Shown piece by piece: positions 16,858 through 17,815 of a DNA stretch of 17,815 bases; positions within the stretch are counted from its first letter, which is position 1, and every line of letters begins with the position of its first letter. A model generated the notes under the pieces. The model made no database searches. It was not told where the DNA came from and saw only the letters and a list, made by a program, of their open reading frames with translations. This stretch comes from Candidatus Lloydbacteria bacterium RIFCSPHIGHO2_02_FULL_50_18 (GTDB lineage Bacteria > Patescibacteriota > Minisyncoccia > Phycocordibacterales > UBA6899): NCBI GenBank assembly GCA_001821395.1, contig MHLM01000011.1, positions 1 through 17,815 on the forward strand. The letters run 5' to 3'. The translations under genes and the position numbers were made by a program.

Positions 16858-17412
16858 ATGCTAATGAGTATGATTGCGATTCATGAAAAGATCTTTTTTG
16901 TTTTTTACGATCTCTTTGGGCCGGCCTCCTATCTTTCAGGGGTGACAATTTTTTTTGCGGAATGGTTTCCATACATCTTGGTTACCGTTGCGCTCATTTA
17001 CGAACTTTTTATACGGAATGAAGGGGAGGTCTTTCGCTCAATGTTGCGTATCTATATCCCGCCGTTGATCGTTCTCAGCATCACTGAGGTATTCAAGCAC
17101 TATTTTCCATACCCCCGTCCATTTGCCGCGCTCGAGATACCTCCATCGATCATCGTTCATGATCCGTTCGGTTCATTTCCCTCATCGCATGCGGCGTTCT
17201 TTGCCGCACTTGGCATCACGATGTATTTCTGTAATAAAAAGTTAGGAAAATGGTTTCTCGTTGGCGCAGTACTCATCGGCATCGCACGTATCGGGGTAGG
17301 GGTGCATTGGCCGATCGATATTTTTGCGGGGCTTTTGATCGGAGTGGTACTCGGTTTTCTCATCGAAAAAATTTCTCTTTTGATCTCAAAAGACCGCATG
17401 GCGCCGTGCTAG
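16858..17412 (+). CDS. PAP2-superfamily membrane phosphatase (undecaprenyl-diphosphatase / PgpB-like)
   Basis: All three PAP2 motifs are present: KHYFPYPRP (KX6RP), FPSSHA (PSGH-like) and GVHWPIDIFAG (SRX5HX3D-like His...Asp). The protein is multi-transmembrane. Confidence 0.75.
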   Translation: MLMSMIAIHEKIFFVFYDLFGPASYLSGVTIFFAEWFPYILVTVALIYELFIRNEGEVFRSMLRIYIPPLIVLSITEVFKHYFPYPRPFAALEIPPSIIVHDPFGSFPSSHAAFFAALGITMYFCNKKLGKWFLVGAVLIGIARIGVGVHWPIDIFAGLLIGVVLGFLIEKISLLISKDRMAPC

Positions 17413-17480
17413 TTTTCTTAAAAAACTAAGTAGATACTAGTTTTTTGTCTTTTTTTGAAATGAGCAGTATTGGTAGTAAA

Positions 17481-17508
17481 ATATGGCTCAGTGGAGCCAT
17501 ATTTTTTT
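17481..17508 (+). terminator. Rho-independent terminator
   Basis: ATATGGCTC / AGTG / GAGCCATAT, followed by TTTTTTT. Confidence 0.7.
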
Positions 17509-17633
17509 CGTGAGTTATCCCCACTTATTTTGATAATTAATCGGAAAACGTTGTGGTTGAGTGCTATTATGGATAGTATCGGCTGATTTCTATCTCCGCT
17601 ACTGTTTTGTGTGGGGATGGGGCCGTATTGCCA

Positions 17634-17815
17634 ATGTTTGGTGTTTACAAATTATCTGTTTTTTATTGGAGGAAGATCATCTCAGTATTTCTCATTCTGA
17701 GCTTTTTGGTGGTGCCATTTCAGACCGCCATCGCCGACTCCTCCCTCTTCCCCAAACAGATCAACTACCAAGCAAAGCTTTCTGATGCCGGAAACATCGC
17801 CATCCCCGACGGTGC
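17634..17815 (+). CDS. Partial CDS (N-terminus only) for a secreted or membrane protein with a signal-peptide-like N-terminus; it continues beyond the window
   Basis: ATG at 17634 opens a frame with no stop before the window end: MFGVYKLSVFYWRKIISVFLILSFLVVPFQTAIADSSLFPKQINYQAKLSDAGNIAIPDG. A GGAGG motif lies inside the frame; its role is unclear. This frame is absent from the ORF track because it is unterminated. Confidence 0.45.
   Translation, partial: MFGVYKLSVFYWRKIISVFLILSFLVVPFQTAIADSSLFPKQINYQAKLSDAGNIAIPDG

Overview
This 17.8-kb window reads as one bacterial locus with three parts. The left edge is the 3' end of an rRNA operon: a partial 23S rRNA carrying a roughly 377-nt group I intron in the peptidyl-transferase region, then an unusually long (about 500 bp) 23S-5S spacer containing an inverted-repeat-flanked tRNA-like element, then 5S rRNA and a terminator. 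It is followed by an orphan nrdR on the minus strand, a two-gene cassette (a hypothetical protein plus a P-loop kinase fused to a CYTH domain), and a structured tRNA-like RNA region with mutually exclusive pairings. Next is a block of cell-envelope genes: a VWA membrane protein, a SEDS RodA/FtsW homolog, Lnt, a GT4 glycosyltransferase, a WbaP-like sugar transferase, an alpha/beta hydrolase and an RsuA-like pseudouridine synthase. The right end carries an IS200/RAYT-type tyrosine transposase flanked by inverted 22-nt REP-like hairpins, a small Cys-rich ORF, glyA-folD, a PAP2 phosphatase and a partial secreted-protein CDS. No CRISPR array was seen. Several non-coding oddities look more novel than the protein genes. 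The rRNA group I intron together with the gene content suggests, by inference only, an uncultivated bacterial lineage of the CPR/Patescibacteria kind, where rRNA introns are frequent. All protein calls rest on motifs read directly from the translations, not on database searches.
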